From Culturomica sp. (GTDB lineage: Bacteria > Bacteroidota > Bacteroidia > Bacteroidales > Marinifilaceae): a DNA stretch of 64,000 nt. Positions within the stretch are counted from its first letter, which is position 1. The number at the start of each line of letters is the position of its first letter. The stretch covers positions 27,120-91,119 of the forward strand of contig JAISHE010000022.1 of NCBI GenBank assembly GCA_031262745.1, read 5' to 3'. The translations under genes were made by a program, and so were the position numbers. Below the pieces are notes generated by a model. The model made no database searches. It saw nothing but the letters and a program-made list of their open reading frames with translations, and was not told the DNA's origin. Positions 38,065-47,449 of the stretch are shown here, in pieces.

Positions 38065-38502
38065 TTGAAGATGGATACTACCTTGAAATCAATATTAAAT
38101 AAGGTATTTATAGAAAAAACAGATAGCTCCTTTTTTCAACTTGTAAGATATACTTTTGTAGGAGGCTTTGCATTTATTATTGATTTCGGACTTCTTTTCG
38201 TGCTTACCGATTTTGTACATCTTCATTATCTGCTTTCGGCAAGTATATCGTTCACTGTTGGTTTGGTTGTTAATTATCTATTAAGTACTACTTGGGTATT
38301 CAGTAAAAAGGTTGTTAAAAATAAAGCTATCGAATTTCTTTTGTTTGCACTTATAGGTTTGGCAGGACTTGGTTTTAATAATTTGTTTATTTGGTTGTTT
38401 ACGGATTATTTTGGTATTTATTATTTGATTTCCAAGATATTTACAACAATCATTGTGTATTTATGGAATTTCTTTGCTCGAAAATATATACTGTTCAATT
38501 GA
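38065..38502 (+). CDS. GtrA-family membrane protein
   Basis: Four TM segments and LVRYTFVGGFAFIIDFGLLF. ATG at 38071 is an alternative start. Confidence 0.75.
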   Translation: MKMDTTLKSILNKVFIEKTDSSFFQLVRYTFVGGFAFIIDFGLLFVLTDFVHLHYLLSASISFTVGLVVNYLLSTTWVFSKKVVKNKAIEFLLFALIGLAGLGFNNLFIWLFTDYFGIYYLISKIFTTIIVYLWNFFARKYILFN

Positions 38503-38633
38503 ATGAGAGAAATATCAGTATATTCGTTATAGTCTACCTGCTTTATTGCAACCGCCGACTAAAAAATCAATATTCATTGTGCGGATATTGATAAGAAATT
38601 TCTATCTTTGCGCCGTTTTACATCTATTTTGTT

Positions 38634-39146
38634 GTGGACAAGTTGAGAGAATATAAAATTGCATTCAGAGGATTGACGGAGGGTAAACATACTTTCAACT
38701 ATTTATTGGACGAGAATTTCTTCAATTGTTTTGAAGCTACACAAGGTGTTAGAGGTAAATTGGAAGCTGTTGTAGTGTTGACAAAGACAAATCTTTTGAT
38801 GGATATGAAAATCCATGAGAAGGGTAGTGTTTTCGCCATTTGTGATCGTTGTCTCGGAGAATGTGAATTGCCGATAGAGGGGAATATGGAATTGATTGTG
38901 AAGGTGAAAGAAAGAGAATCCGGTAATGATGATGATTATATAGTTTTGACTCATAATGACGATTTTTTAGATGTAGCTCCTTATCTTTATGAACTATATA
39001 TGTTGAATTACCCGATAAAGGTAGTACATTGTGAGGGAAGTTGTGATGAAGATATGGACGAATTATTGGACAAATACTTATTTGATGATAATGATAAACC
39101 GACGGATTTACGTTGGAATGAATTGAAGAAATTGATTAATAATTAA
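38634..39146 (+). CDS. YceD-family (DUF177) protein, GTG start
   Basis: CDRCLGE...CxxxC layout, lying directly upstream of rpmF. Confidence 0.75.
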   Translation: MDKLREYKIAFRGLTEGKHTFNYLLDENFFNCFEATQGVRGKLEAVVVLTKTNLLMDMKIHEKGSVFAICDRCLGECELPIEGNMELIVKVKERESGNDDDYIVLTHNDDFLDVAPYLYELYMLNYPIKVVHCEGSCDEDMDELLDKYLFDDNDKPTDLRWNELKKLINN

Positions 39147-39158
39147 ATATAAAGCGAA

Positions 39159-39344
39159 ATGGCACATCCTAAACGAAGAATCTCTAAACAAAGAAGAAAT
39201 AAAAGAAGGACTCATGACAAAATCGTTCCTAAAGTAATCGCAAAATGTTCAAATTGCGGTGCTGCCGTACAATACCATACCGTATGTCCGGTATGCGGAT
39301 ATTATAGAGGTAAATTGGCTATTGAAAAAGCAGTCGTTGCATAA
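39159..39344 (+). CDS. rpmF: 50S ribosomal protein L32
   Basis: MAHPKRRISKQRRNKRRTH and CxxC...CPVCG. Confidence 0.95.
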   Translation: MAHPKRRISKQRRNKRRTHDKIVPKVIAKCSNCGAAVQYHTVCPVCGYYRGKLAIEKAVVA

Positions 39345-39357
39345 TCCATAATCTTTC

Positions 39358-40356
39358 ATGGGAAAGCCGAAAGCTGTAATCACCGGAATAGGAGCCTATT
39401 ATCCGGATTATATTCTGGACAATGAAGGATTGTGCAGAATGGTTGATACGTCCGATGAATGGATTATGACCCGTGTCGGCATAAAGGAGAGAAGAATTTT
39501 AAGGGATAAAGATAAAGGTAGTGCATATCTTGGAGCGAGAGCTGTTGAAGATTTGTTACGTAGGACGAATACATCTCCCGATGAGATTGACCTTTTGATT
39601 TGTGCCACTGTAACTCCGGATATGCACTTCCCTGCAAACGGTAATATCATTTCCGATATGGTCGGTATTAAGCATGCTTTTAGTTTCGACTTAAATGCCG
39701 GTTGCTCCGGTTTTGTTTTCGGATTGATGACGGCAGCACAGTGGATAGAGAATGGCACCTGTAAAAAAGTGGTGTTTGTAGGTGCAGAAAAGATGTCGGC
39801 GATAACCGATTATAGTGATCGCACCACTTGTCCGCTTTTCGGAGATGCTTCCTCCGCAGTGCTTTTGGAACCGACCTATGAAGATGTAGGTATCAAGGAT
39901 CATATTTTGAGAACCGATGGAATAGGTCGTTCTCATCTCTATATGAAAGCAGGCGGTAGTTTGTATCCTCCTACGATAGAAACAGTAATCAACAAAGAAC
40001 ATTTCATTTATCAGGAAGGTCAAGCTGTTTTCAAGCATGCTGTTTCCAAAATGGCTGATGTGTCTGTTGAAATCATGGAAAGAAACGATCTGACTTCCGA
40101 TGATGTTGCATGGCTTGTTCCTCATCAGGCAAATCTCAGAATTATTGATGCTACGGCTCGCCGTATGGGAGTTGATAACTCCAAAGTTATGATTAACATT
40201 CAGAAATACGGTAATACAACTTCGGCGACGATACCTTTGTGTTTGTATGAATGGGAAGACCGACTCAACAAGGGCGATAATATCATACTCGCTGCATTTG
40301 GTGCGGGTTTCACGTGGGGTGCAGTCTACATGAAGTGGGGGTATGATAAAAAATAA
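39358..40356 (+). CDS. fabH: Beta-ketoacyl-ACP synthase III
   Basis: Active-site [21 protein letters not shown] and GNTTSATIP. Confidence 0.9.
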   Translation: MGKPKAVITGIGAYYPDYILDNEGLCRMVDTSDEWIMTRVGIKERRILRDKDKGSAYLGARAVEDLLRRTNTSPDEIDLLICATVTPDMHFPANGNIISDMVGIKHAFSFDLNAGCSGFVFGLMTAAQWIENGTCKKVVFVGAEKMSAITDYSDRTTCPLFGDASSAVLLEPTYEDVGIKDHILRTDGIGRSHLYMKAGGSLYPPTIETVINKEHFIYQEGQAVFKHAVSKMADVSVEIMERNDLTSDDVAWLVPHQANLRIIDATARRMGVDNSKVMINIQKYGNTTSATIPLCLYEWEDRLNKGDNIILAAFGAGFTWGAVYMKWGYDKK

Positions 40357-40413
40357 GTGAAGTGGGGATACATCTCCACTTTTTTTGTACATTCGTGAGG
40401 TGTTTAAAAACTT

Positions 40414-40755
40414 ATGACTACTACCGAAGAGAAATATCAAGAACACTCTTTATTTGCGGAAGGTTCGCTTATTAGAGGGAATATAACCACAAAAGACTCC
40501 CTTGCGCTCGGCGGCAGAGTCTTTGGAGATTTGAGCAGCGAACAAAACGTTGAAATAAATAAATCCGGACTGGTGGAAGGGAACGTGAAATGCGACAGTT
40601 TGGATTTAAGCGGCACTGTAAACGGTGATGTTGTTGCTCGAGAAGTAAACATTCGCAAAGGAGCTGTCGTAAAAGGTAAGTTGTCTACCGTTAAGCTTAT
40701 AATTCATCCGGATGCTGCTTTTATTAAAGAAATAAATCTAAAAGAAACGATATAA
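40414..40755 (+). CDS. Bactofilin-family polymer-forming protein
   Basis: Repetitive beta-helix pattern (G.V.G.L.........G.V.G.V). Confidence 0.7.
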   Translation: MTTTEEKYQEHSLFAEGSLIRGNITTKDSLALGGRVFGDLSSEQNVEINKSGLVEGNVKCDSLDLSGTVNGDVVAREVNIRKGAVVKGKLSTVKLIIHPDAAFIKEINLKETI

Positions 40756-40765
40756 TAATTCTATC

Positions 40766-41152
40766 ATGGCGAAAGAAATTACTAATACGAATGTTGTGAA
40801 TCTCCTTAGTGAGGGAACTGTAATTGTGGGTGATATTAAGAGTAAAAACAACATACGTGTTGACGGAATTATAAAGGGGAAAATAATTACATCGGGCAAG
40901 TTGGTAGTCGGTAACACTGCCACAGTTGAAGGTGATATAGAATGTGCAAATATTGATGTATTCGGAATAATTCACGGCAATATCACGGCAAGTGAATCTG
41001 TGGCACTGAAAACTCAGGGTAAACTTATCGGCAACATAATAACTCCTGAAGTTTCTATTGAAACAGGTGTGATTTTCAATGGTAGTTGTAAGATGAACAA
41101 GAAAGAAGTAAAACCTTCTTTGAGTAATATAGCTTCTGATACTTCCAAGTAA
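40766..41152 (+). CDS. Bactofilin-family polymer-forming protein (second paralog)
   Basis: Same repeat pattern (VIVGDIKSKNNIRVDGIIKGKI...). Confidence 0.7.
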   Translation: MAKEITNTNVVNLLSEGTVIVGDIKSKNNIRVDGIIKGKIITSGKLVVGNTATVEGDIECANIDVFGIIHGNITASESVALKTQGKLIGNIITPEVSIETGVIFNGSCKMNKKEVKPSLSNIASDTSK

Positions 41153-41158
41153 CCTAAA

Positions 41159-41914
41159 ATGAAATCGGTTATCATTATTCCCGCACGCTACGCATCCACA
41201 AGATTTCCGGGTAAACCGTTGGCATTGCTTGCCGGTGAGCCGATGATACTGCATGTTGTCGGAAAAGCTTTGAAGGCATCAAAAGATGTTTATGTTGCAA
41301 CGGATGATGAGCGCATATTTAAAACGGTGGAAACTGCAGGTATGCGTGCTATTATGACGTCGGCAACTCATAGGAGCGGAACCGACCGTTGTTATGAGGC
41401 ATTAACCAAGATATGTCGTGAAACCGGTGAAACCTTTGATGTGGTTGTAAACATTCAGGGTGATGAACCGTTTGTACAACCGGAACAAATCAATCAGTTG
41501 ATAGATTGTTTTTATGATTCCGAAATACAAATTGCCACTCTGGCAAAACAAATCACTTCCGAAGATGAACTTTGGGATGTGAACAAAGTGAAAGTGGTAT
41601 TCTCAAATAAAAAAGAAGCCCTTTACTTTTCAAGGGCTTCTATACCTTATGTAAGAGGCATGGAAAAATCAGAATGGTTGTCAAAAGGTGTAGGGCACTA
41701 TAAACATCTTGGAATGTATGCCTACCGTTCTTCCGTTTTGAAAGAGATTACCGCTTTGCCGGAAAGTAGTTTGGAAAAAGCGGAATCACTTGAACAATTG
41801 CGATGGCTCGAAAGCGGTTACCGTATTGCTGTGCGCACCACCGAACATGAATCAATAGGTATTGACACTCCCGAAGATTTGGAGCGAGCCAACAACTTCC
41901 TTAAATTGTCATGA
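41159..41914 (+). CDS. kdsB: 3-deoxy-manno-octulosonate cytidylyltransferase
   Basis: IIPARYASTRFPGKPL and NIQGDEP motifs. Confidence 0.9.
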   Translation: MKSVIIIPARYASTRFPGKPLALLAGEPMILHVVGKALKASKDVYVATDDERIFKTVETAGMRAIMTSATHRSGTDRCYEALTKICRETGETFDVVVNIQGDEPFVQPEQINQLIDCFYDSEIQIATLAKQITSEDELWDVNKVKVVFSNKKEALYFSRASIPYVRGMEKSEWLSKGVGHYKHLGMYAYRSSVLKEITALPESSLEKAESLEQLRWLESGYRIAVRTTEHESIGIDTPEDLERANNFLKLS

Positions 41915-42464
41915 TTTCTTTTTCCTTAACGGCAAAAACTTCATCAACCTTTTTATTATAGGAATCTGTTATTTTCTGTACTTCGTTTTCGGCATCTTTC
42001 TCAACATCTTCCGGTAGACCGTTTTTAACCATCTTTTTCAGTTCGTCGATTGCGTCGCGACGTGCATTACGGAGGCTGACTCTTGTTGTTTCGGTGATGG
42101 TTTTTGCTTGTTTCACCAAATCTCTACGGCGTTCCTCAGTGAGAGGCGGTATGTTGATGCGTACAACTTCTCCGTTGTTGTCCGGATTGAAGCCGAGATT
42201 AGAGTTGAGAATGGCTTTTTGAATTGTTGCGAGCATCGACTTTTCCCAAGGTTGCACGGTGATCGTACGCGGGTCGGGACTTGCAATGTTAGCTACCTGT
42301 GCGAGGGGCGTGGGACTACCGTAGTAGTCAACCGTAACATCATTTAAAATCTTAGGATTAGCCTTGCCGGCTCTAAGTTTTGACAATTCATTATCAAGAT
42401 GGGCAATGGAAGATTGCATTTGCTCTTTTGCCTCATCAATATACATTTTAACTTCTTCGTTCAT
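41901..42464 (-). CDS. frr: Ribosome recycling factor
   Basis: LSKLRAGKANPKILNDVTVDYYG and PPLTEERRRDLVK. The 3' end overlaps kdsB by 14 nt (convergent). Confidence 0.95.
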   Translation of the reverse strand: MNEEVKMYIDEAKEQMQSSIAHLDNELSKLRAGKANPKILNDVTVDYYGSPTPLAQVANIASPDPRTITVQPWEKSMLATIQKAILNSNLGFNPDNNGEVVRINIPPLTEERRRDLVKQAKTITETTRVSLRNARRDAIDELKKMVKNGLPEDVEKDAENEVQKITDSYNKKVDEVFAVKEKEIMTI

Positions 42465-42497
42465 ATCGTGTTATTTTAGCATGACAGAGCAAAGATA

Positions 42498-43724
42498 TTA
42501 CTTTTTTTTGAAATTCTTACGCTTGTTTCTATTCTTGAATTTAGAATGAGAATTGTAGCCTGTTGCCGCTTTCGGGTTATATGCGGGACCTTCACCGAGC
42601 GATGCCGGAATAGGTATCTTGTAAATATCCTTTTCAAGAAAGCGTTCAATGTCGTGAAATTTTCCCTGTTCCTTTTCGGAAACGAAAGTTATGGCAAGTC
42701 CTTCGGCGTTGGCTCTGGCGGTGCGTCCGATGCGATGAATATAATCTTCGGCATCATGTGGCACGTCATAGTTCACAACCAAGCCTATGTCTTCGATGTC
42801 TATGCCGCGTGCCACAATATCAGTGGCTACCAAAATAGTAATTTTACTGTTTTTGAAATCCAATAAAACCTGTTCACGTACATTCTGCTCTAAGTCGGAA
42901 TGCATCTCTGCCGCATTGAAGTTCATGCGTTTAAGTGTGTGAGCAAGTTCTTTTACCTTTTGTTTTGAAGAGGAGAATATTATACTCTTTGATGAAACCG
43001 GTTTCCCGAACATTTCACGGATCAAATCAATTTTTTGCCTTTCATAGCAGATATAAGCTGCCTGCATGATGGCTTCATTGGGCTTTGATATTGCAATTTG
43101 TATCTCCTCCGGATTTTTAAGAATTTGTTTTGCCAACTGTCTGATTTTCGGTGGCATAGTGGCGGAAAACATTATAGTTTGTCGTTCCTGCGGCAATTTG
43201 TTTACGATTTTCATAATGTCGTCATGAAATCCCATGTCCAACATTCTGTCGGCTTCGTCTAATATGAAATAGTGTACTCCTGAGAGATCAATGTCGTGCA
43301 TATCAAGCAGAGTGATAAGCCTTCCGGGAGTGGCAATTATAATATCCGCACCGGATTGTAAGCCGTGTTTTTGTGTTTCCCAAGAGGCTCCGTCGCCTCC
43401 TCCGTATACTGCAATGGTTGAAACCGGAACGAAATAAGAAAATCCCTCAAATTGCATATCAATTTGTTGAGCAAGTTCGCGCGTCGGTGCCATAATTATG
43501 GCATTCACACGGTCATCGGTGTGAGGTTCGGTTGTTAATTTGTGTAAAAGAGGCAATATATATGCGGCGGTTTTACCTGTACCGGTTTGTGCGCATGCGA
43601 TTACGTCTTTTCCTTCCAGAATTATGGGTATGGTTTTTTCTTGTACGGGAGTGGTTTCTTGAAAATTCATGGCGTCAAGACCTTGCATGACATCCTCATT
43701 CAAATTCAGTTCTTCAAATTTCAT
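42498..43724 (-). CDS. DEAD-box ATP-dependent RNA helicase
   Basis: AQTGTGKT, DEAD (LDEADRM), SAT and HRIGRTAR motifs with a basic C-terminal tail. Confidence 0.9.
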   Translation of the reverse strand: MKFEELNLNEDVMQGLDAMNFQETTPVQEKTIPIILEGKDVIACAQTGTGKTAAYILPLLHKLTTEPHTDDRVNAIIMAPTRELAQQIDMQFEGFSYFVPVSTIAVYGGGDGASWETQKHGLQSGADIIIATPGRLITLLDMHDIDLSGVHYFILDEADRMLDMGFHDDIMKIVNKLPQERQTIMFSATMPPKIRQLAKQILKNPEEIQIAISKPNEAIMQAAYICYERQKIDLIREMFGKPVSSKSIIFSSSKQKVKELAHTLKRMNFNAAEMHSDLEQNVREQVLLDFKNSKITILVATDIVARGIDIEDIGLVVNYDVPHDAEDYIHRIGRTARANAEGLAITFVSEKEQGKFHDIERFLEKDIYKIPIPASLGEGPAYNPKAATGYNSHSKFKNRNKRKNFKKK

Positions 43725-43873
43725 TACATTTACAATAATTGGCAGTGCGAAGGTAACAAATCTACTTTTAATAATGTTACTTATTACTCAAAAACCACTA
43801 TTTTCGACCATTTTATTGATAAAATAAACATTTTTAGACATTTATGGGAAGATTATCTAATAATAGATCGTAT

Positions 43874-44559
43874 AAATTGCAATCGTTTTCGTTTGAAATT
43901 ATTTATGATTTGTTTTTTTTATGTCTTATCTGAATAAATATGTTTAATATTTAACAAAGAAAGGTCTATTTGTTCTTGAATAATTAAACCTTACAACGCA
44001 GGAATGTCGGACAAATCCTGAAACATAGCGTTAATTAAAGATTTTTTTCAGTTTAACGGTACTGTATAATTTATTGTTTTTCATGAAATTTCACATATTT
44101 TTGCATTTGAAAATGTGTTTTTTGTCTTTTGAAACACGTTGTAATGATAGAATTAGAGGTGTTGATGTCATACAAATGGGGGGGGGATTCAAAAAATGTG
44201 AATGATTTTAAAATGCTAATTTATAAAAATGTCTAACTTAAACTAAATTTTATGAGAAAATTGTTAGTATCGACCATTGCGGTGTTGTTTGCAAGTTTTC
44301 AGCTTGTGATGGCGCAGACGCAAATCAATGGTACTGTTACGGACGGGACAGGTGCTCCTCTACCGGGTGTTTCAGTTAAGGTTAAAGGCTCTTCAACCGG
44401 TACTGCTACCCATGTGGACGGTACGTATTCGTTGAATGTTGCTCCCGACGCGACCATTGAGTTTTCTTTTATGGGTTTCAAAACTCAGGAAATTGCAGTA
44501 GACGGTAAAACTACCATTAATGTAACAATGGTTGAAGACTCCGAACTGCTTGATGAAGT
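43874..44559 (+). repeat. Copy 1 of a ~690-bp direct repeat (upstream region + promoter + leader + first ~100 codons of SusC)
   Basis: Aligns with 50086-50768. The coding part is roughly 95% identical by hand count, with a sharp drop after GATGAAGT. Confidence 0.85.
44096..44103 (+). promoter_or_regulatory. -7 promoter box TATTTTTG of SusC locus 1
   Basis: TAnnTTTG match. The same position in copy 2 reads TATCTTTG. This implies a ~140-nt leader. Confidence 0.5.
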
Positions 44560-47422
44560 AATCGTAGTTGCTTATGGTACTGCGAAGAGATCTGCTTTTA
44601 CGGGTTCTGCTTCTGTTGTGAATTCCGAATCATTGGAAAAACGTCAGGTAACAGATGTAACCAAAGCATTATCAGGAGCTGTTGCCGGTGTGCAAACATT
44701 GAGTTCAAACGGTCAACCGGGTGTTTCTTCAACGGTGCGTATACGTGGTGTAGGTTCGATGAATGCTAACATGGACCCTCTTTATGTTGTGGATGGAGTG
44801 GCTTATGACGGTGATATTTCCTCAATAAATACTCAGGATGTTGCTTCTATGACGGTGTTGAAAGATGCTGCCGCTGCTGCATTGTATGGGGCGAGAGGTG
44901 CAAACGGTGTAATTTTGATAACCACTAAAAAAGGTAAATCCGGAGAAGCGAGAATTTCATTAGATGCACGTTGGGGTGTAAATTCACGTCAAATTAAGAA
45001 TTATGATGTGTTTACGGATCCGGGTCTTTATATGGAAAAGGTTTACGAATCTATTTACAACTCTGCTTATTATAATTTGGGATATACCGGTGAGGCATCC
45101 GGTATTTATGCTAACAGTAATTTGGCAAAATCTCTGGGTTATCAGGTGTACACTGTGCCTAACGGCGAACAATTAATAGGTTTAGACGGTAAAATTAATC
45201 CCAATGCAAAATTAGGTTATAGTGACGGAGAATATACTTATATGCCGGATGATTGGGCTGACGGAATGTTTGTTAATAAACTACGAGAAGAATATAATTT
45301 CAGTATCAACGGTGGTGGTGAAGATTTCAGTTACTATTTTTCTGCAGGTTATCTTAATGATGCCGGTATTATTGAGAATTCAGGTTTCAAGAGAATATCT
45401 TCCCGTTTGAGCATGGATTATCAAGCTAAGAAATGGTTGAAAGTAGGAACAAATTTGTCTTATACAAATTCTAACAGCAGATATCCGGGCGAACAAACAA
45501 GTACGACATCTTCAGGTAATGCATTTTATATGGCAAATAACATTGCTCCTATTTATCCGTTGTATGTTCGCGATGCTCAGGGAAGTATTATGCGTGATAA
45601 TATAACCGGTACTAAAATTTATGATTTTGGCGATGGTGCAAGTACTAATAATACGCGTAACTGGATGTCTATGTCCAATCCTATGAGTGATTTGCTTTAT
45701 GACCAATCAAAATATTTGATGGATATATTTGACGGTAAGTGGTTTGCTCAGATTACTCCTATTGAAGGTTTAACTTTGACGGCAAATTTGGGTCTTTTCA
45801 TTGATAACACTCGTTATGTTGCTGCAACTAATAGATACTACGGACAGAATGCTGCTTATGGTGGTTCTTCCGAACAGGATTCTTATCGCACTTATTCTTT
45901 AAACCGTCAGTATTTAGCAAATTATCAAAGGTCTTTTGATAAGCACAACTTTGATTTGCTTTTGGGATATGAAGGTTACGAATGGGAATATGCTTACCAT
46001 TATGCTTACGGTTATAATTCTTATCAGGATGTTAATTATGTTGTATCTAATGTCATTGATCGTAAAACCGGTAGCGGAGCGAGACATAATTATGCTACAC
46101 AAGGTATAATTTCACGTCTGAATTATGATTATGAGGGTAAATACTACGGTAGTGTGTCTTTCAGACGTGACGCTTCATCGCGTTTTCATCCCGACAAACG
46201 TTGGGGTAATTTCTGGTCGGCAAGTGCCGCATGGGATATTTCTAAGGAAGATTTTATGAGTTCTTTAAGTTGGGTTAATCTTTTGAAATTGAAAGCATCT
46301 TTCGGACAGCAAGGTAATGATAGGTTAGGATCTTCCGCTGCTTATGAGTATTTGTATGCTTACACAGATCAATATAGTATAACCGGTGCCGATGGAGTTT
46401 TCTCCGATGCCACGTTATATTTTAAAGGTAATCCGGACATTACATGGGAAAGCAGTAATTCTTTCAATGCCGGTGTTGATTTTGCTTTATTTGACAATAA
46501 AGTGAACGGTACTGTCGAATATTTTGATCGTACAACAGATGATATGTTGTATAATAAACCTGTGGCATTGCTCAACGGCTACACATCAATACCGATGAAC
46601 GTTGGCTCAATGAGTAACTCAGGTTTGGAAGTCGAATTGAATTATACTCCTGTGGAGACGGATAATTTCAGATGGACGATTAACGGTAACATTACGTTCT
46701 TGAAGAATAAGATTAAAAAGCTTCATGCTGATTTGCAGGGTGAGATGATAAGCGGTAGTCGTATCTATAAAGAAGGAAAATCGATGTATCAGTTGTATCT
46801 TGTGGAATATGCAGGAGTTGATCCGGCAACGGGTTTGTCTCTTTTCTGGGCAGAAGATGCGGAAGGTAATAAGGTTGCTACGTCGGACTGGGGTGTTGCA
46901 AGTTCTTACAAGAAGCCTACCGGAGATTTGTTGCCTACCGCTTATGGTGGTTTCGGAACAACGGTTGATTTTCACGGAATAGATTTCTCTATTCAATGTG
47001 CTTATCAATTTGGCGGTAAGATTATGGATAGTGGCTATCAAAGTTTGATGCATGGCGGTATTTCTTCTGATCTTGGTCAGAATTGGCATGAAGATATTTT
47101 GAATGCTTGGACTCCTGAGAATACAAATACGGATGTTCCCCGTTTGGATTATTCCGATAAATATGCAAATGCAACATCGGATAGGTGGTTGGTTTCATCC
47201 AATTATTTAAGCATAAACAATATTACTTTGGGTTACACTCTGCCTAAAAATTGGGTTGAAAAAATTGGTCTTGAAAGTTTTAGAATTTACGGTTCTGCCG
47301 ATAACCTTGCAGTGTTCTCTGCTCGTAAAGGACTTGACCCGCGTCAGAGTTTTACAAGTTCTACAACATCACTTTATACGGGAATACGTACGGTGTCATG
47401 TGGTGTGAAATTAACTTTCTAA
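44252..47422 (+). CDS. SusC/RagA-family TonB-dependent outer-membrane transporter (locus 1)
   Basis: Signal peptide, carboxypeptidase-regulatory-like N-domain, plug segment (VVAYGTAKRSAFTGSAS) and C-terminal LTF. Confidence 0.9.
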   Translation: MRKLLVSTIAVLFASFQLVMAQTQINGTVTDGTGAPLPGVSVKVKGSSTGTATHVDGTYSLNVAPDATIEFSFMGFKTQEIAVDGKTTINVTMVEDSELLDEVIVVAYGTAKRSAFTGSASVVNSESLEKRQVTDVTKALSGAVAGVQTLSSNGQPGVSSTVRIRGVGSMNANMDPLYVVDGVAYDGDISSINTQDVASMTVLKDAAAAALYGARGANGVILITTKKGKSGEARISLDARWGVNSRQIKNYDVFTDPGLYMEKVYESIYNSAYYNLGYTGEASGIYANSNLAKSLGYQVYTVPNGEQLIGLDGKINPNAKLGYSDGEYTYMPDDWADGMFVNKLREEYNFSINGGGEDFSYYFSAGYLNDAGIIENSGFKRISSRLSMDYQAKKWLKVGTNLSYTNSNSRYPGEQTSTTSSGNAFYMANNIAPIYPLYVRDAQGSIMRDNITGTKIYDFGDGASTNNTRNWMSMSNPMSDLLYDQSKYLMDIFDGKWFAQITPIEGLTLTANLGLFIDNTRYVAATNRYYGQNAAYGGSSEQDSYRTYSLNRQYLANYQRSFDKHNFDLLLGYEGYEWEYAYHYAYGYNSYQDVNYVVSNVIDRKTGSGARHNYATQGIISRLNYDYEGKYYGSVSFRRDASSRFHPDKRWGNFWSASAAWDISKEDFMSSLSWVNLLKLKASFGQQGNDRLGSSAAYEYLYAYTDQYSITGADGVFSDATLYFKGNPDITWESSNSFNAGVDFALFDNKVNGTVEYFDRTTDDMLYNKPVALLNGYTSIPMNVGSMSNSGLEVELNYTPVETDNFRWTINGNITFLKNKIKKLHADLQGEMISGSRIYKEGKSMYQLYLVEYAGVDPATGLSLFWAEDAEGNKVATSDWGVASSYKKPTGDLLPTAYGGFGTTVDFHGIDFSIQCAYQFGGKIMDSGYQSLMHGGISSDLGQNWHEDILNAWTPENTNTDVPRLDYSDKYANATSDRWLVSSNYLSINNITLGYTLPKNWVEKIGLESFRIYGSADNLAVFSARKGLDPRQSFTSSTTSLYTGIRTVSCGVKLTF

Positions 47423-47449
47423 ATGTTTAAATGTAAAATTTATAAAGAT

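Noticed and set aside
41901-41914. 14-nt convergent overlap of the kdsB and frr 3' ends.
   Set aside because: The overlap is real in the sequence, but small convergent overlaps are common and need no special explanation.
43991-44026. Conserved 11-codon micro-ORF on the minus strand upstream of both SusC genes (MFQDLSDIPAL in copy 1, MLQDLSDIPTL in copy 2 at about 50204-50239).
   Set aside because: The surrounding DNA is itself ~90% identical between the copies, so conservation of the ORF carries no information. It is very short and there is no independent sign of translation.
44104-44251. Cobalamin or other known riboswitch in the SusC leader.
   Set aside because: I could not find a B12-box-like GCCACTG core or any other riboswitch signature that I recognise. 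The leader remains unclassified.
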